Shown here: in pieces, positions 33,750 through 50,428 of the stretch | Position numbering within the stretch: position 1 is the stretch's first letter | Layout: each line of letters begins with the position of its first letter | Source: the human T2T-CHM13v2.0 reference genome, Homo sapiens | Length of the DNA stretch: 64,000 bases | Assembly (NCBI RefSeq): GCF_009914755.1 | Contig: NC_060939.1 | Reading direction: 5' to 3' (one strand) | Notes under the pieces: model-generated | Database searches by the model: none | Seen by the model: the letters and a program-made list of their open reading frames with translations, nothing else | Told to the model about the DNA's origin: nothing | Translations under genes and position numbers: made by a program

Positions 33750-34237
33750 GGAATATGTTCTAGGAACAGATTGAACCAGGGATAACTGCCTATGAAAGCT
33801 TGAGCTTTGCTTGATACTCCTAAAATTTTATTAAATTCTCTTATGGAAAGAAAATAAACTACACTTGATACTTTACTGAGCAACTTTTAATAAAAGTATG
33901 TGATAAACCTAACAATGACCGCAAACATGAATGAAGAGATGCAAGCTTCCAAGAGTGGTTGTAACTGCCTTGGACATTATTATTTCTTTTGGCTATCCCC
34001 TCTTGGTGAGTGGTCCTTGCAATGCTGAGGAAAGAAAAGCTTCCTTCTTCAGCTCTTCCCTATTCTTGCCTCCCACAGTTAGCTGCTTCCACACAGCCAG
34101 TGGCTGAAACGGTTTTATCATCCTCTCTTACTTTCCTCCCTTCCTTCTCCCTCCCTTGGTCTACTGAGTGCCACTAGAGCCTTAAATATGCTCTTTCTTT
34201 AATCTTTGAGTAAGCTATTCAAAAATAATGAAACCTC

Positions 34238-34633
<396 letters not shown>

Positions 34634-34808
34634 CTATAGAGGAGTGAGGCCCCAGGTGTTAGGCGTAGTGTTGGGGCCATGTCAGTTTCCATCTCAGGTT
34701 GCCAGAGATCTGGGTCAAGGATTTGCTTCCTCCCGTGTTCTTTCTTAGCAAAAGCATAGTTTATTAGAAGTCTAGATGCTCAGGGTTGGAGAAAATTACA
34801 AATATGGT

Positions 34809-35976
34809 TGTGTAAAAACTCTGTCTTTTTCCTTTACTCTCATGCCACAACAATCATCAACACAGAAGACTTCTGTGACCAAATGTGTGAAGGTTTCCCC
34901 CCACACCAAGCAGGTGACAACAGCTTGGTGTTCTCTAGTTCATTTCCAACACTACCTGGAGATGATATCAGATCCCATAGGTTGCGGGCTCAGTCCCCAA
35001 GACTGCCCCCCTCATCACATACCAGTCACATGTCCGGGTCTCTAGAACTTCTGACCAACTGGCTTCAAGTTGGGGCTCCCATAATTCCCTTTTGGGTTGG
35101 ATTAATTTGCTGAAGTGGCTCACAGAACTCAGGGAAATACATTTACCAGTTTATTATAAAGGATATTGCAAAGGATACAGATGAAAACATGCATAGGGCA
35201 AGGAATGGGGGAAGGGGCACGAAGCTTCGATGACCCCCCTGCCCGGGTGCCACCCTCCAGGAACCTCCATGTGTTCAGCTATCCAGAAGCTCACTGAACC
35301 CTCTTGGGTTTTTAGGGAAGCTTCGTGATGTGAGCATTCCTTCCCCCAGGGCACAGGGCAGGACCCTCTCACGGGAGGGTCTTAGGACCCACAATCATAA
35401 AGGTGGGCGAACATTAGAGTTCTGCCTTGGAGCAGGCAAAAGGAGGGCAGGAGAAGGTCAGAGGCTGCCACTGCAGCCTCACACACCCAACATTATAATA
35501 AAAGACTGCAACAAGGGCTAAGCGGGTGGTGATGGTTAATACTGAGTGTCAACTTCATTGGAATGAAGGATGCAAAGTATTAATCCTGGGTGTGTCTGTG
35601 AGGGTATTGCCAAAGAAGATTAACATTTGAGTCAGTGGGCTGGGAAAGGTAGACCCACCCTTAATCTGGGTGGGCACAATCTAATCAGTTGCCAGCATGG
35701 CTAGACTATAAGCAGGCAGAAAAATGTGAAGAGAGACTGGCCTAGCCTCCCAGCCTACATCTTTCTCCCATGCTGGATTCTTCCTTCTGTCAAACACTGG
35801 ACTCCAAGTTCTTCATTTTTGGAACTTGGACTGGCTCTCCTTGCTCCTCAGCCTGTAGACAGCCTATTGTGGGACCTTGTGATCATGTGAGTTAACACTT
35901 AATAAACCCCCCTGACTAATACAGGGGTTATGAGCCAGGAGCCGTGGATGAAAACCAGTATATATCATAACACCAT
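34809..35976 (-). mobile_element. MER21-family LTR interrupted by MLT2A
   Basis: CACAGAAGACTTCTGTGACCAAATGTGTG...CTCACAGAACTCAGGGAAA...ATGAGCCAGGAGCCGTGGATGAAAACC. Confidence 0.82.
35528..35923 (+). mobile_element. MLT2A (HERVL) solo LTR
   Basis: GTGATGGTTAATACTGAGTGTCAACTT...CCCACCCTTAATCTGGGTGGG...GACTAATACA. Confidence 0.9.
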
Positions 35977-36574
35977 AATAGTTCTGATCCATTTCAAAAT
36001 ATATTTCTAATATGATAATCCCTACATCCTATCTCTTCAATTCCAAATAGACTCTGGGAAAAGTGTCCTCCTACCAATCCATCTTGGACCTCAAAACATC
36101 TAGGCAAGCCTTGGAGATTATTTATCCAAACTCGGATATATCACTTCATATTTTTACAATATAATTCATGTTTATCTGGAGATCTCAAAAATTTTACTTT
36201 CCCTTTGCCATCAGCCTTTTGTCACAGGGGCAAAAAGATGGGGAAAAAAAAGAGGTGACTTTTTCTAACTTGATTTTCCTCTTTTCTTTCTTTCTTTTGA
36301 TATTTCCAACAGCTTTATAGTATGGCAGCCGATAAAGGATTAAAAACAAAGCATCAAAAATGACCTCAGACCAAGAAATAAAGAGCAAGAGTCAGAGGAA
36401 ATCCAAAGCAACTCCATTTCCCTGATGCAAACTTCATCCTTCTCTGAATGGCCCCCTCTCACTTGTTTCCTGACCTCAGCACTAACCTCATACAACAAAG
36501 GAGACTTCTCTTCTGATTCTTTTGTTTCTATTATTCCCGCCCTTCCCACACTAAATAAGGAATTGCAGAAACAA

Positions 36575-37347
<773 letters not shown>

Positions 37348-37627
37348 CTAGTGTGGGGAGAGGAGAGACTGAGGTAAGAGGGGAGACCAGTATATTTGAC
37401 ATAGTTGTCTTTTAAAAGACCATAAATATGTTCTTTAACTTTAGGTATATATTATTGCTGTCTTTTCTTTCCTCCACTTTCTTTCATAAACAGGATCTAA
37501 GCAGGCTGATGTTACCAGGGCATCCACCTCCCTGGATTTAGAGCTACTGAGATCACTGGAGAAGCACTTGAGTATGAATGAAGGACAGAGTCATTTTCTT
37601 TCTTTTGATATAAAAAAATACATTCTA

Positions 37628-37946
37628 GGCCAGGTGTGGTGGCTAACTCCTGTAATCCCAGCATTTTGGAAGGCCGAGGCGAGTGGATCATCTGAAGTCA
37701 GGAGTTTGAGATCAGCCTGGCCAACATGGTAAAATCCTGTCTCTAAAAAAAAAAAAAAAAATTAGCCGGGCATGGTGGTGCGCACCTGTAGTCCCAGCTA
37801 TTCAGGAGGCTGAGACAGAAGAATTGCTTGAACCTGGGAGGCGGAAGTTGCAGGGAGGCAGAAGTTGCAGTGAGCCCAGGTCGTGCCACTGTACTCCAGC
37901 CAGGGCAACAGAGCAACACTCCATCTGAAAAAAAAAAAAAAAAAAA
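37628..37946 (+). mobile_element. AluS-like SINE with a 17-bp internal tandem duplication
   Basis: TSD ACATTCTA; GGGAGGCRGAAGTTGCA twice at 37836-37869. Confidence 0.95.
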
Positions 37947-38299
37947 GACATTCTAATTTCAGATTCTGCAATAGAATAACGTCAGCTTTGTCTTCATAAG
38001 GACCTTAGTGTCTTTAAAAAGTGCAAATAGTAACTAACAGTGGTGAGAAATGAGAACCTGTTGTGGGATCTTCCTGGATAAAATTATACACCCACATACA
38101 CACATGTATAGATATTAAAAGCCAATTTCCGACAGGAAAAGTTAATTGTAGACACTATTTTGAAGATCAGTCTTGGGAATTATGATGTATTAGACAAATG
38201 GAAAGTGGAATTAAGAGTGAGAAGATTAAATATTTGAGAAGAGTTATCAAATTTTACTTGAGAAGGGCTTTTCAATTTTAGTGCACATAAAAATCACTT

Positions 38300-38424
38300 T
38301 TTTTTGGCAGAGATTTGGGTTCCACTGTTTCCCAGAAGTGCAAGAACTTCTGGACTCAAGAGATCCTCCTGCCTTGGCCTCCCAAAGTGCTGGGATTATA
38401 GGTGTGAGCCACCACAGGTGGCCC
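38300..38424 (-). mobile_element. Alu left-arm/FLAM fragment
   Basis: GATCCTCCTGCCTTGGCCTCCCAAAGTGCTGGGATTATAGGTGTGAGCCAC. Confidence 0.8.
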
Positions 38425-39374
38425 TGTTTGTTTTGTAATAGTTCAAAGTCTAATCATCTGTACAGTGGCAATCAGAGAAGGTCTTTTAAAATAATTTTAT
38501 TATAAAATATGTTTTATAATTTTAAATAACAAATTTTAAAATAATGTTTCCATGGGTTTTGATGGAATAATATGCTCTTATTTTGAAATAGCATTTGACT
38601 TGCTAATTCTAAAACAAAATGAGAAATTTTTAAATCCAGTTTTGGAGGTAAAAATTAGCTCAATACACATTTTTATTAGGAAGAGGATGCAGGAGAGCAC
38701 TATAAATATCCTGGCTGTGTGGCGCGTGGTTGGTAGAATCAGTCTTACTACTGACTAGTAACATAGACTTTGCAGACACAAACCCTAAGGACATACTGGT
38801 ACAGCATGACTTAACTGTTCTCAGTGTGGACTATCAGTATTTCCAGTCATTTCCACAGCTGACAGACTGACAATTGGGTTTGTGCAGCAGTGACCCAATT
38901 CAGTCACTCAGACAGCTAAAAAGCACAAACATGTCACAACACAGGCAAAAATAGGAAAATGACAGTGTGTGAAATAACAATCAAGAGAAAAGGAAGAACT
39001 CTAGGACTGAAGGGAATCACGGGGGACCCTAAGTCCGGCACCTTAATTTTATAGGTGAGAAATGGAGTCATGAACATATGGAAGCTTGTCTTTGACTACA
39101 CGCTGCCCTAGCTGGAATTCAGACCTCTCAGCAATTAGCCCAGTGGCCCAAGGATTACTGGGCTCAGCATGGTAAAGTCAGCGCTAACCCGCCCCAAAGA
39201 CAGCAGCCTCCGGGCATCATCACTGTCTTGGAGGGTGCACCTGGCTGTTCTGCTGAAGCGTTGCTGTCTTGATTAATTATTTTTTTAAAAATTTATCTGT
39301 TGCTTTGTACTGAACTTATTGAAAAAATTTGCTCTTTAAAACAATTTTTTTTACTTTAAAAAATCTTTTGAAAC

Positions 39375-39905
<531 letters not shown>

Positions 39906-39975
39906 AAAAAAAACTCAAAGAAATGCTCTTTGTTGAATAACTTTCTATGATTATAAATTTTAAAATAAAACATTA

Positions 39976-40297
<322 letters not shown>

Positions 40298-40324
40298 TTA
40301 TACACTGTAATAATAACGTGTTAG

Positions 40325-40630
40325 GGCCGGATGTGGTGGCTCATGCCTGTAATCCCAGCACTTTGGGAGGCTGAGCCGGGCAGATCACTTGAGCTCAGGA
40401 GTTCAAGACAAGCCTGGCCAACATGGTGAAATCCCCTCTCTACTAAAAAAAATCCAAAAAAACAAAAATTAATTGGGCATAGTGGTGCATGCCTGAAATC
40501 CCAGCTACTAGGGAGGTTGAGGCAAAAGAATCGCTTGAACCTGGGAAAAGGAGATTGCAGTGGACCGAGATTGTGCTACTACCCTCCAGCCTGGGCGACA
40601 GAGTGAGGCCCTGTCTCAAAAATAATAACA
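40325..40630 (+). mobile_element. AluS-like SINE
   Basis: TSD ~AATAAYGTGTTAG. Confidence 0.93.
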
Positions 40631-40637
40631 ATAATGT

Positions 40638-40812
40638 GTTAGCTGGGCGTGGTGGCACAGGCCGGTAGTCCTAATTACTGGGGAGGCTGAGGCAAGAGAT
40701 CACTTGAGGTCAGGTGTTCAAGGCTGCAGTGAGCTATCATAGTGCCTGTGAATAACCACTGCACTCCACCCTGGGAAACATAGCAAGACTCTGTCTCTAA
40801 AAACAAACAAAA
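40638..40812 (+). mobile_element. Alu right monomer (FRAM/FAM-like)
   Basis: GGCTGCAGTGAGCTATCATAGTGCCTGTGAATAACCACTGCACTCC. Confidence 0.85.
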
Positions 40813-41230
<418 letters not shown>

Positions 41231-41344
41231 TTATTTTGATCCTCTTGATATCTCCCACCTTTAGCGCTGTGCTGGTACACAGCAGAAACCCAATAAATAT
41301 ATGCTGAATGAGCTAATTAGTAGAATATGTCATAGTTCAACTCA

Positions 41345-41560
41345 TCCTTGGTTGTGGCAAATTGAGATTGATTATAGTTTTTTCACAATTATAAACACTG
41401 CTGCAGTGAACATTCTTTGATGAATTTTTGCAGCTACTCTTTATTATTGCCTTATGATAAATTCCTAGAAGTGGAATTACTAGATCAAAGCCTTTGGAAA
41501 TATATTGGCAAATTGCCCTTCAGAAAAAGAGTTCAATCCCCCATCCTCCTGCCAACTTTC
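41345..41560 (-). mobile_element. Ancient L1ME fragment
   Basis: TGCTGCAGTGAACATTC...AAATTCCTAGAAGTGGAATTACTAGATCAAAG...CAAATTGCCCTTCAGAAA. Confidence 0.7.
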
Positions 41561-42100
41561 TTTCCCCTTTAAAAAAAAAAAAAAAGAAAAAAATGAACAA
41601 TGAAGATATTTTTCTCTTGGGAACTGTAGTGCTGGCAAAACATTTTAAAAGCACTCAACCCATTTTGATGGAATAAAAACAGCTTTTGAACACTTTATGT
41701 CTGTATTATATTAAATCATACCAGTAATTTATCTAGAGGTGAAAGGTTATTGAAGCCACTGCTAAATCACTTATATTCCTTGGACTTGTTCTGCCTTATA
41801 TACGTTTAATAAGAGAAAACATGTGATTTTTGCTTGAGAGAGATCAAGTGAGCCCAGATTGGCTGTGATGGAACTACTGTTAGATGAATTGGCTATGAGG
41901 CCAGGGGTTATGGCAGGAAAAGCTGTAGTCTTGGAGAACCGCAGCAGCAGGAAGCAATGCGCTACATGCTCACATGCAGGACAATATGGGACAATATGGG
42001 CAGATCTTCAAGCATACTGCAAGGTGGGGAGGAGGGGACAGACACATTTTTCAAATATGTAAAAATTAAAATCATGGACATTAAACACATCAGAATGGTG

Positions 42101-42122
42101 CCTATATAGGAGGAAGGAAGTG
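42101..42122 (+). promoter_or_regulatory. Candidate CArG box (SRF) with an adjacent ETS core
   Basis: CCTATATAGG fits CC(A/T)6GG at 42101-42110, followed by AGGAAGGAAGTG; motif only. Confidence 0.4.
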
Positions 42123-42212
42123 GTCCATTGGGATAAAATGTGAGAGGGACAGTGGACAGCCAGTGATGCTGCTAATGTGCCATAACTAAGGAGTCCAAGT
42201 AACCTAGTCCAC

Positions 42213-42493
42213 AAGAAGAAAGGCAGAAAAGAAGGAAGAGAGGGAGGGAGGAAGGGAGGAAGAAATCGGGGAAGGAAAGAAGGAAAGAAGGGAGGGAGGG
42301 AGGGAGCGAGGGAGGAAGGAAGGAAGAAAAATGGAGGAAGGAAGGAAAGAAGGGAGGCAAGGTGGGAAAGGAGAGGAAAGAAGGAAGGACAAAGGAAGGA
42401 AGGAAAGAAAGGAAGGAAGGACAGAAAGAAGGAAGGAGGAAATATTGAAGAAGGGAGGGAGGGAGGGAGGGAGGGAGAGAAAGGAAGGAAGGA
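42213..42493. repeat. Polypurine (GGAA/GGGA/GAAA)n low-complexity tract
   Basis: ~280 bp almost entirely A/G on the plus strand. Confidence 0.92.
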
Positions 42494-43235
42494 CAGGGTG
42501 TGGCACCCTCTGAGCCCTGACTGGCACTAACTCCAGGTGCACTGCCCTGGAGTCCTTTACCTCTTCTGGGCCTTGGCTGCACTGTGATGGGGAGAGGCTA
42601 GATGATTTCTAAGGTCTCAGCCATATCATGCTGTGACTCAAAGCACAAGTAGGACATGAATGCTGTGGCCTAGACTCTTAAGTGTAAATACAGGTGTAGT
42701 GTTTTTCCTGTATAAGCTGACAAATACTACAAGAAGAAAGCATTGATTTTTAAAATAAGCCATGTGCTTTATATAAGAAGTACTTTTCACATAGACTTCC
42801 ATGATATTATAAGCAGATGTGAGTCGTTTATTAAATTTACAAACAGCAAAGTTCCGTAATGATGGACCTCCCTAGGACGGCCAGCTATTCTTTGGCAGAA
42901 TTCCAGCAGGAAATTTTCTGGTGTCGACAGTTCTTCTTTCCTCCTGGAACCACACACTATTAGACAATGTTTGAATTATTTAAATATGCCCAAGTCTACA
43001 GTTCATTGTCTTATTTCAAAGGACTGTGCTTCTATAAATCATATCAAACGTCTGAGATCCTGACCAAAAAATTGAAAAAAAAATCAGGCACAGATACTCC
43101 TGGCTATTGAAGGAAAGTATACAGCAGAAGGAAAGGATATTACATAATGAAAGTAAGTATCCATTGTTTGGAAGGTTTATGTTAACACAAGAGGACATAA
43201 TGCAGTCGGTTGGCCCTAAAGGTAAAGATATGTGT

Positions 43236-43435
43236 GAGCCTGGGCAACATGCTGAAACCCTGTCTCTACAAAAAATACAAAAATTAGCCAGGGCATGGTG
43301 GTGCATGCCTGTGGTCCCAGCCTCCGAAGGAGGCTGAGGTGGGAGGATCGCTTGAGCCCACTGCAGTGAGCCATGAGTGTGCCAGTGCACTCCAACCTGG
43401 GTGAAAGAGCAAGACGCTATCAAAAAAAAAAAAAA
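43236..43435 (+). mobile_element. Partial AluJ
   Basis: 5'-truncated, with an internal deletion and poly(A). Confidence 0.88.
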
Positions 43436-44094
43436 TGTGTGTGTGTCTCTGTGTTGATTTTGAATTAAACTAGTTTAAAATTGCATACCACTCTCATAAG
43501 AGCAACAATAAAGTCAGTCTATTACAATATGTGAGGAACCAGGGGTTGCTTAAAGCAATTTTTCTCCCTATTATAGAAGGGAACAGCAAGCCCTCCTGAA
43601 ACCTTGACACCATCTATGATGATGGATCCCAGACCATCACTGTGTGATCAGTTTCATCCTGGTTTTCATTTGAAAGAGGAAGCAGTTTGAAAACCAGGGG
43701 TTTTCTCTAATTTTAGAAGAAAAAAAGACAGGCCAACTTTTCAATATTCTGTTGGTCTTAGTCAAGTTATGTAAGACCCAGTCCCTCGCCTCTAGCTGCT
43801 GCCAGGAATTAGATACACACGTGCAAAGAGATGTGCAGGAACAAAATACAGTGAGTCTTACCAGTGGAGAACATTTCCTCTGCTCTTGGCTTGGCTAATG
43901 GAGACTTGGACTCTGGGAGAAACACTGTCAGTTTCAGCATTTGTGGAGACAAAGACCAGGGCTTCTCCCAGCATGGGCAGCTCTCTCACTCTGCCGCGGC
44001 CTCTGCTGATGTTGGTTCATTTCAGCCTACCTTGCACAAGAGGTGTATGGGTACATGGGAGAGACAGGAAGGTGGTGAGGAACAGAATTACTAT

Positions 44095-44850
<756 letters not shown>

Positions 44851-45010
44851 AATATGAAATACATTTCAGCTGCTCCAGGAAACAAGACCAGAACACCAGC
44901 TACAGCACAAAGCAGTACATTTTAAGTGTCATATGAATGACACCAATTACACATTTTATAGATGTGCAGAGAAATGATGGAAAGCTAGAAGTGGAATTAT
45001 TAATGATTAG

Positions 45011-45463
<453 letters not shown>

Positions 45464-46383
45464 TAGTAAACTGCCCCCATTGGGAGTGATTACTTTTGGC
45501 AGGATTGATCTGCATAATCTTGAATAGAACCTGATGAAGTAGAAAACAGAAACCCCAAAATAGTCCTCCGTTGCAGAATTAAATTCAAACCAATATCTTT
45601 GGTCTTAGTGTTAAAAATGGGCAAAGTCAAGATAAAGGAGTAGAAAGATCCCCCTTATAAGTAATTCCATGTTTCATTTGTCTATTTGTGGGAATGTGGG
45701 AGGCTGCCATCTCTTCTGAAGGAATGGACAGCTCCAGCCATGCTCATTTTGTGGAAATGAGAAATGGTTTCTTAGGGTGTTCCCCCGAAAAAAAACACCA
45801 AAGAATATATGGGCAAGAAACCACCAGAGTCAACACCAGACCACAGTGGTGGCATCTAAGGTTGTCTGGTAAACCATAACTGTAGTTGTGCTCACCTTCT
45901 TCCAAATGACAGCATGTTTTCTATTTTACCTGATTCTATGAGTAAGATGAGGTTTCCTCAGATGTGGTCTCTGGATCAGCTGCATCATGATCCAGAAAAG
46001 ATTTTTAAAGGAAAAGATTTATTAAATCCACATCTCTTGGAGCAGGGCCTAGGCATTTGAATGAGCAGTCTCTTGAATCTAGTCTCTTTCTAGAGAGATG
46101 TCCAATGTGTAGCAAGCCTCCCTCTCTCCAGCCTTTCAGTCTCATGGTGGTTCTCCATGTGGCCTACCTGCAATCTGGGAATATTCATTTCCCTGGAGAT
46201 TTCCCTCTCAGAGAGGATTGTTTCCAACTTTTTAACAGTCTATAAAGGGAATAATTCTATAATTAATTTCAGATTGGGTGAGAATATTTCTTCTTGCAGA
46301 TATGGATGAGCTGTGTTATGCAAATGGGGAGAATTTCCCAATAGATTATATTTAGAATATTGTATAACTGTGGAACCCCTCCC

Positions 46384-46445
46384 TGACAATATGACAGTGA
46401 CAATATCAGTGACAATATGACATATTGACAAAGTGACAATATCAG
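46384..46445. repeat. Degenerate TGACA(ATAT) minisatellite
   Basis: 7 TGACA copies within 55 bp. Confidence 0.75.
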
Positions 46446-46696
46446 CTGCTTCTAAATGGAGCTAGACTTTTAACAACTTAAATAACAAACAAAACTTTTG
46501 AAACTAAAGGTTTTTTTTTTTATCTCCATTTGAATGGAATTTGGAGGGATTTGGCGCCTTCTTAGTGTTAATTCTTGTGATCATGTATTTCCTTTAACTT
46601 TATTATAAACATTCTAATTCAATTAATTCTAAGATCTCATGGACCTTTCAGGGAAAGAAGGTGCCTGCCACTAAGTATATTCCATGCTAATGCTCA

Positions 46697-47840
<1,144 letters not shown>

Positions 47841-47846
47841 CTACCG

Positions 47847-48133
47847 GGCCAGGAGTGGTGGCTCAAGTCTGTAATTCCAGCACTTTGGGAGGCTGAGGCA
47901 GGTGGATCACCTGAGGTCAGGAGTTTGAGGCCAGCCTGGCCAACATGGTGAAACTCCAGATCTACTAAAAATACAAAAAATTAGCTGGGCTTGGTGGCAT
48001 GTGCCTGCAATCCCAGCTACTCAGGAGGCTGAAGCATGAGAATGGCCTGAACCTGGGAGGTGGAGGTTGCAGTGAGCAGAGATCGTGCCAGTGCACTCCA
48101 GCTGGGGTAACAGAGTGAGACTCTGTCTCAAAG
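47847..48133 (+). mobile_element. AluS-like SINE
   Basis: Full dimer with a short tail. Confidence 0.95.
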
Positions 48134-49936
48134 AAGTGTTCTAATTATTTCTAAGTTTTCATTTTACTTTTTGATTTTTTTGTGAAGCTATGGATTATAT
48201 AGAATACATTTTAGTTTTTGGTAGAAAAAAATTAAGCTAATTGAGTTGGTGCTGGAGGTTATTGTTTTTCTTGTTTTGTTTTCATCTTATTTTAGACTGC
48301 ATTGGGGAAATATTCAAATAATGTTAAGAACTCACACATGGCAAATCACCTGAATGGGTATTTTCTTCTTTTTCCTTCTCTCCTCAGCTGCCCTCCAACT
48401 TACCTTTTACATGGCTCTGTAGCATGCGAACTTTACAGTCTTTGTAAAGGTGATTCTGACTAATGTTGAAAATTCTGAGTTTGTAAAAATAAATATAGAA
48501 CCATGTGAAACATCGAAAGTCTGCAAATCTCAATGGAATCACCTTTTGAGGCAAATTGCAGAAAATCAAAACTTGCTGAGCTCTAGGACATGGGTCTGGC
48601 AGGAAATAAAAGTACGTTCAAAATGGTGAGACAAATAATATATGAACCATTTCATCAGAGCTCCTGCTACGTAGTTAATCTTAACAGTTCCAGGCTATTC
48701 TAGACTGCTCTGGGCAACAGAAGACAGGACAAGGACCAAACCTGTTATTTTGTACCTAGGACTGGTCTTACCAAAAAATGTCTTCTTTTGATGTTTTCTA
48801 AACTCCTGGAGCTTGTAACTCTGAGGGAAGTGATAAGATGAAAGAAGACTTTTAAAGACTTTTTATCAACAGAATCAATTTGAATATCTGGTGTGGCCGC
48901 TCTAATCTTAAAAGGGAAGGCAGAGACTATTTTATTCAGTAGATGTCTGCCACAGCTGGGAGGGAGAGTGTCTTGCTCATAATAAGTCCTGGCATCAACT
49001 CAGTAAATATTTGTTAAATTGATTTAAGGAAACAGGCAAGTAAGAATTGTGCTGGACATATTTATTTTGTCTTTGATGTAAACCCATAGTCCCCACTTAC
49101 CTCCCTGAAGTTACACTAAACATATCTAAGTAATTTCAGCTTAAATTTTCTATATTTCAGTTGATCGCTTTTAATTAATGAAAAACATTTAATGATTTAG
49201 ACATGATCTAATCATCTTATTTTGTTTAGAACAAATCCATTCCATCTGAGGAAGACCTAGAATAATATTTCCTAGATGACAATAAATATACTATTTTAAA
49301 ATTAAAATTGGTCTAATCCCTAAACAAATTTTTTTTAAAAGAGTTCTGTGGCACCTATAAATAAATAAAAAATCTCCAGAGCCCCAAAGACCAATCTTAG
49401 CTAACATATTTTAGTGAAACGTGGGCGGGGGGCGGGCGGCGCAACGGTCTGTGATAACAGATTTTTAAAACACTTTTTTGTTTAAAAGTCTTTCTACTGT
49501 ATCTTGATATTATGGAACAATTTCATGAAAACATATTTATCCATAACCTTAAAAAAATTCCAAGTGACCAGAGACTTAAATGACACATACTTAATAAAGC
49601 AATTTTGATGATACACAATAAAGTACTTTTAAAAGATTTTTAATCACAGTATAACTCCAAACACATCTTAAATCAGCAAGCAAGCAGCCAAAAGAAAAAA
49701 CATTCTGCCTCCTATACTATTCACTCTATATTAACGATTTGATTTGGATTAAGGATCAATTCAACTTAGGAAAATAATTACTGGTATTATATTCTTCTAG
49801 ACAGTATGTTGCTTCAGAGACATTTAAAGAACCTTTTTAGTATGTTTTATATGCTGTAGAAGAAAAATTAATGTCAAGCATGTTCTGCATTGGGTATGAT
49901 GATTACCATTTCCTGAATCTATCGGAGCAATTTCCT

Positions 49937-50428
<492 letters not shown>

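Noticed and set aside
42172-42582. Ser/Leu/Phe/Pro-rich ORFs, and a possible EWS-FLI1 GGAA microsatellite
   Set aside because: The ORFs translate the polypurine tract. The longest consecutive GGAA run I count is 3, too short for a typical responsive microsatellite.
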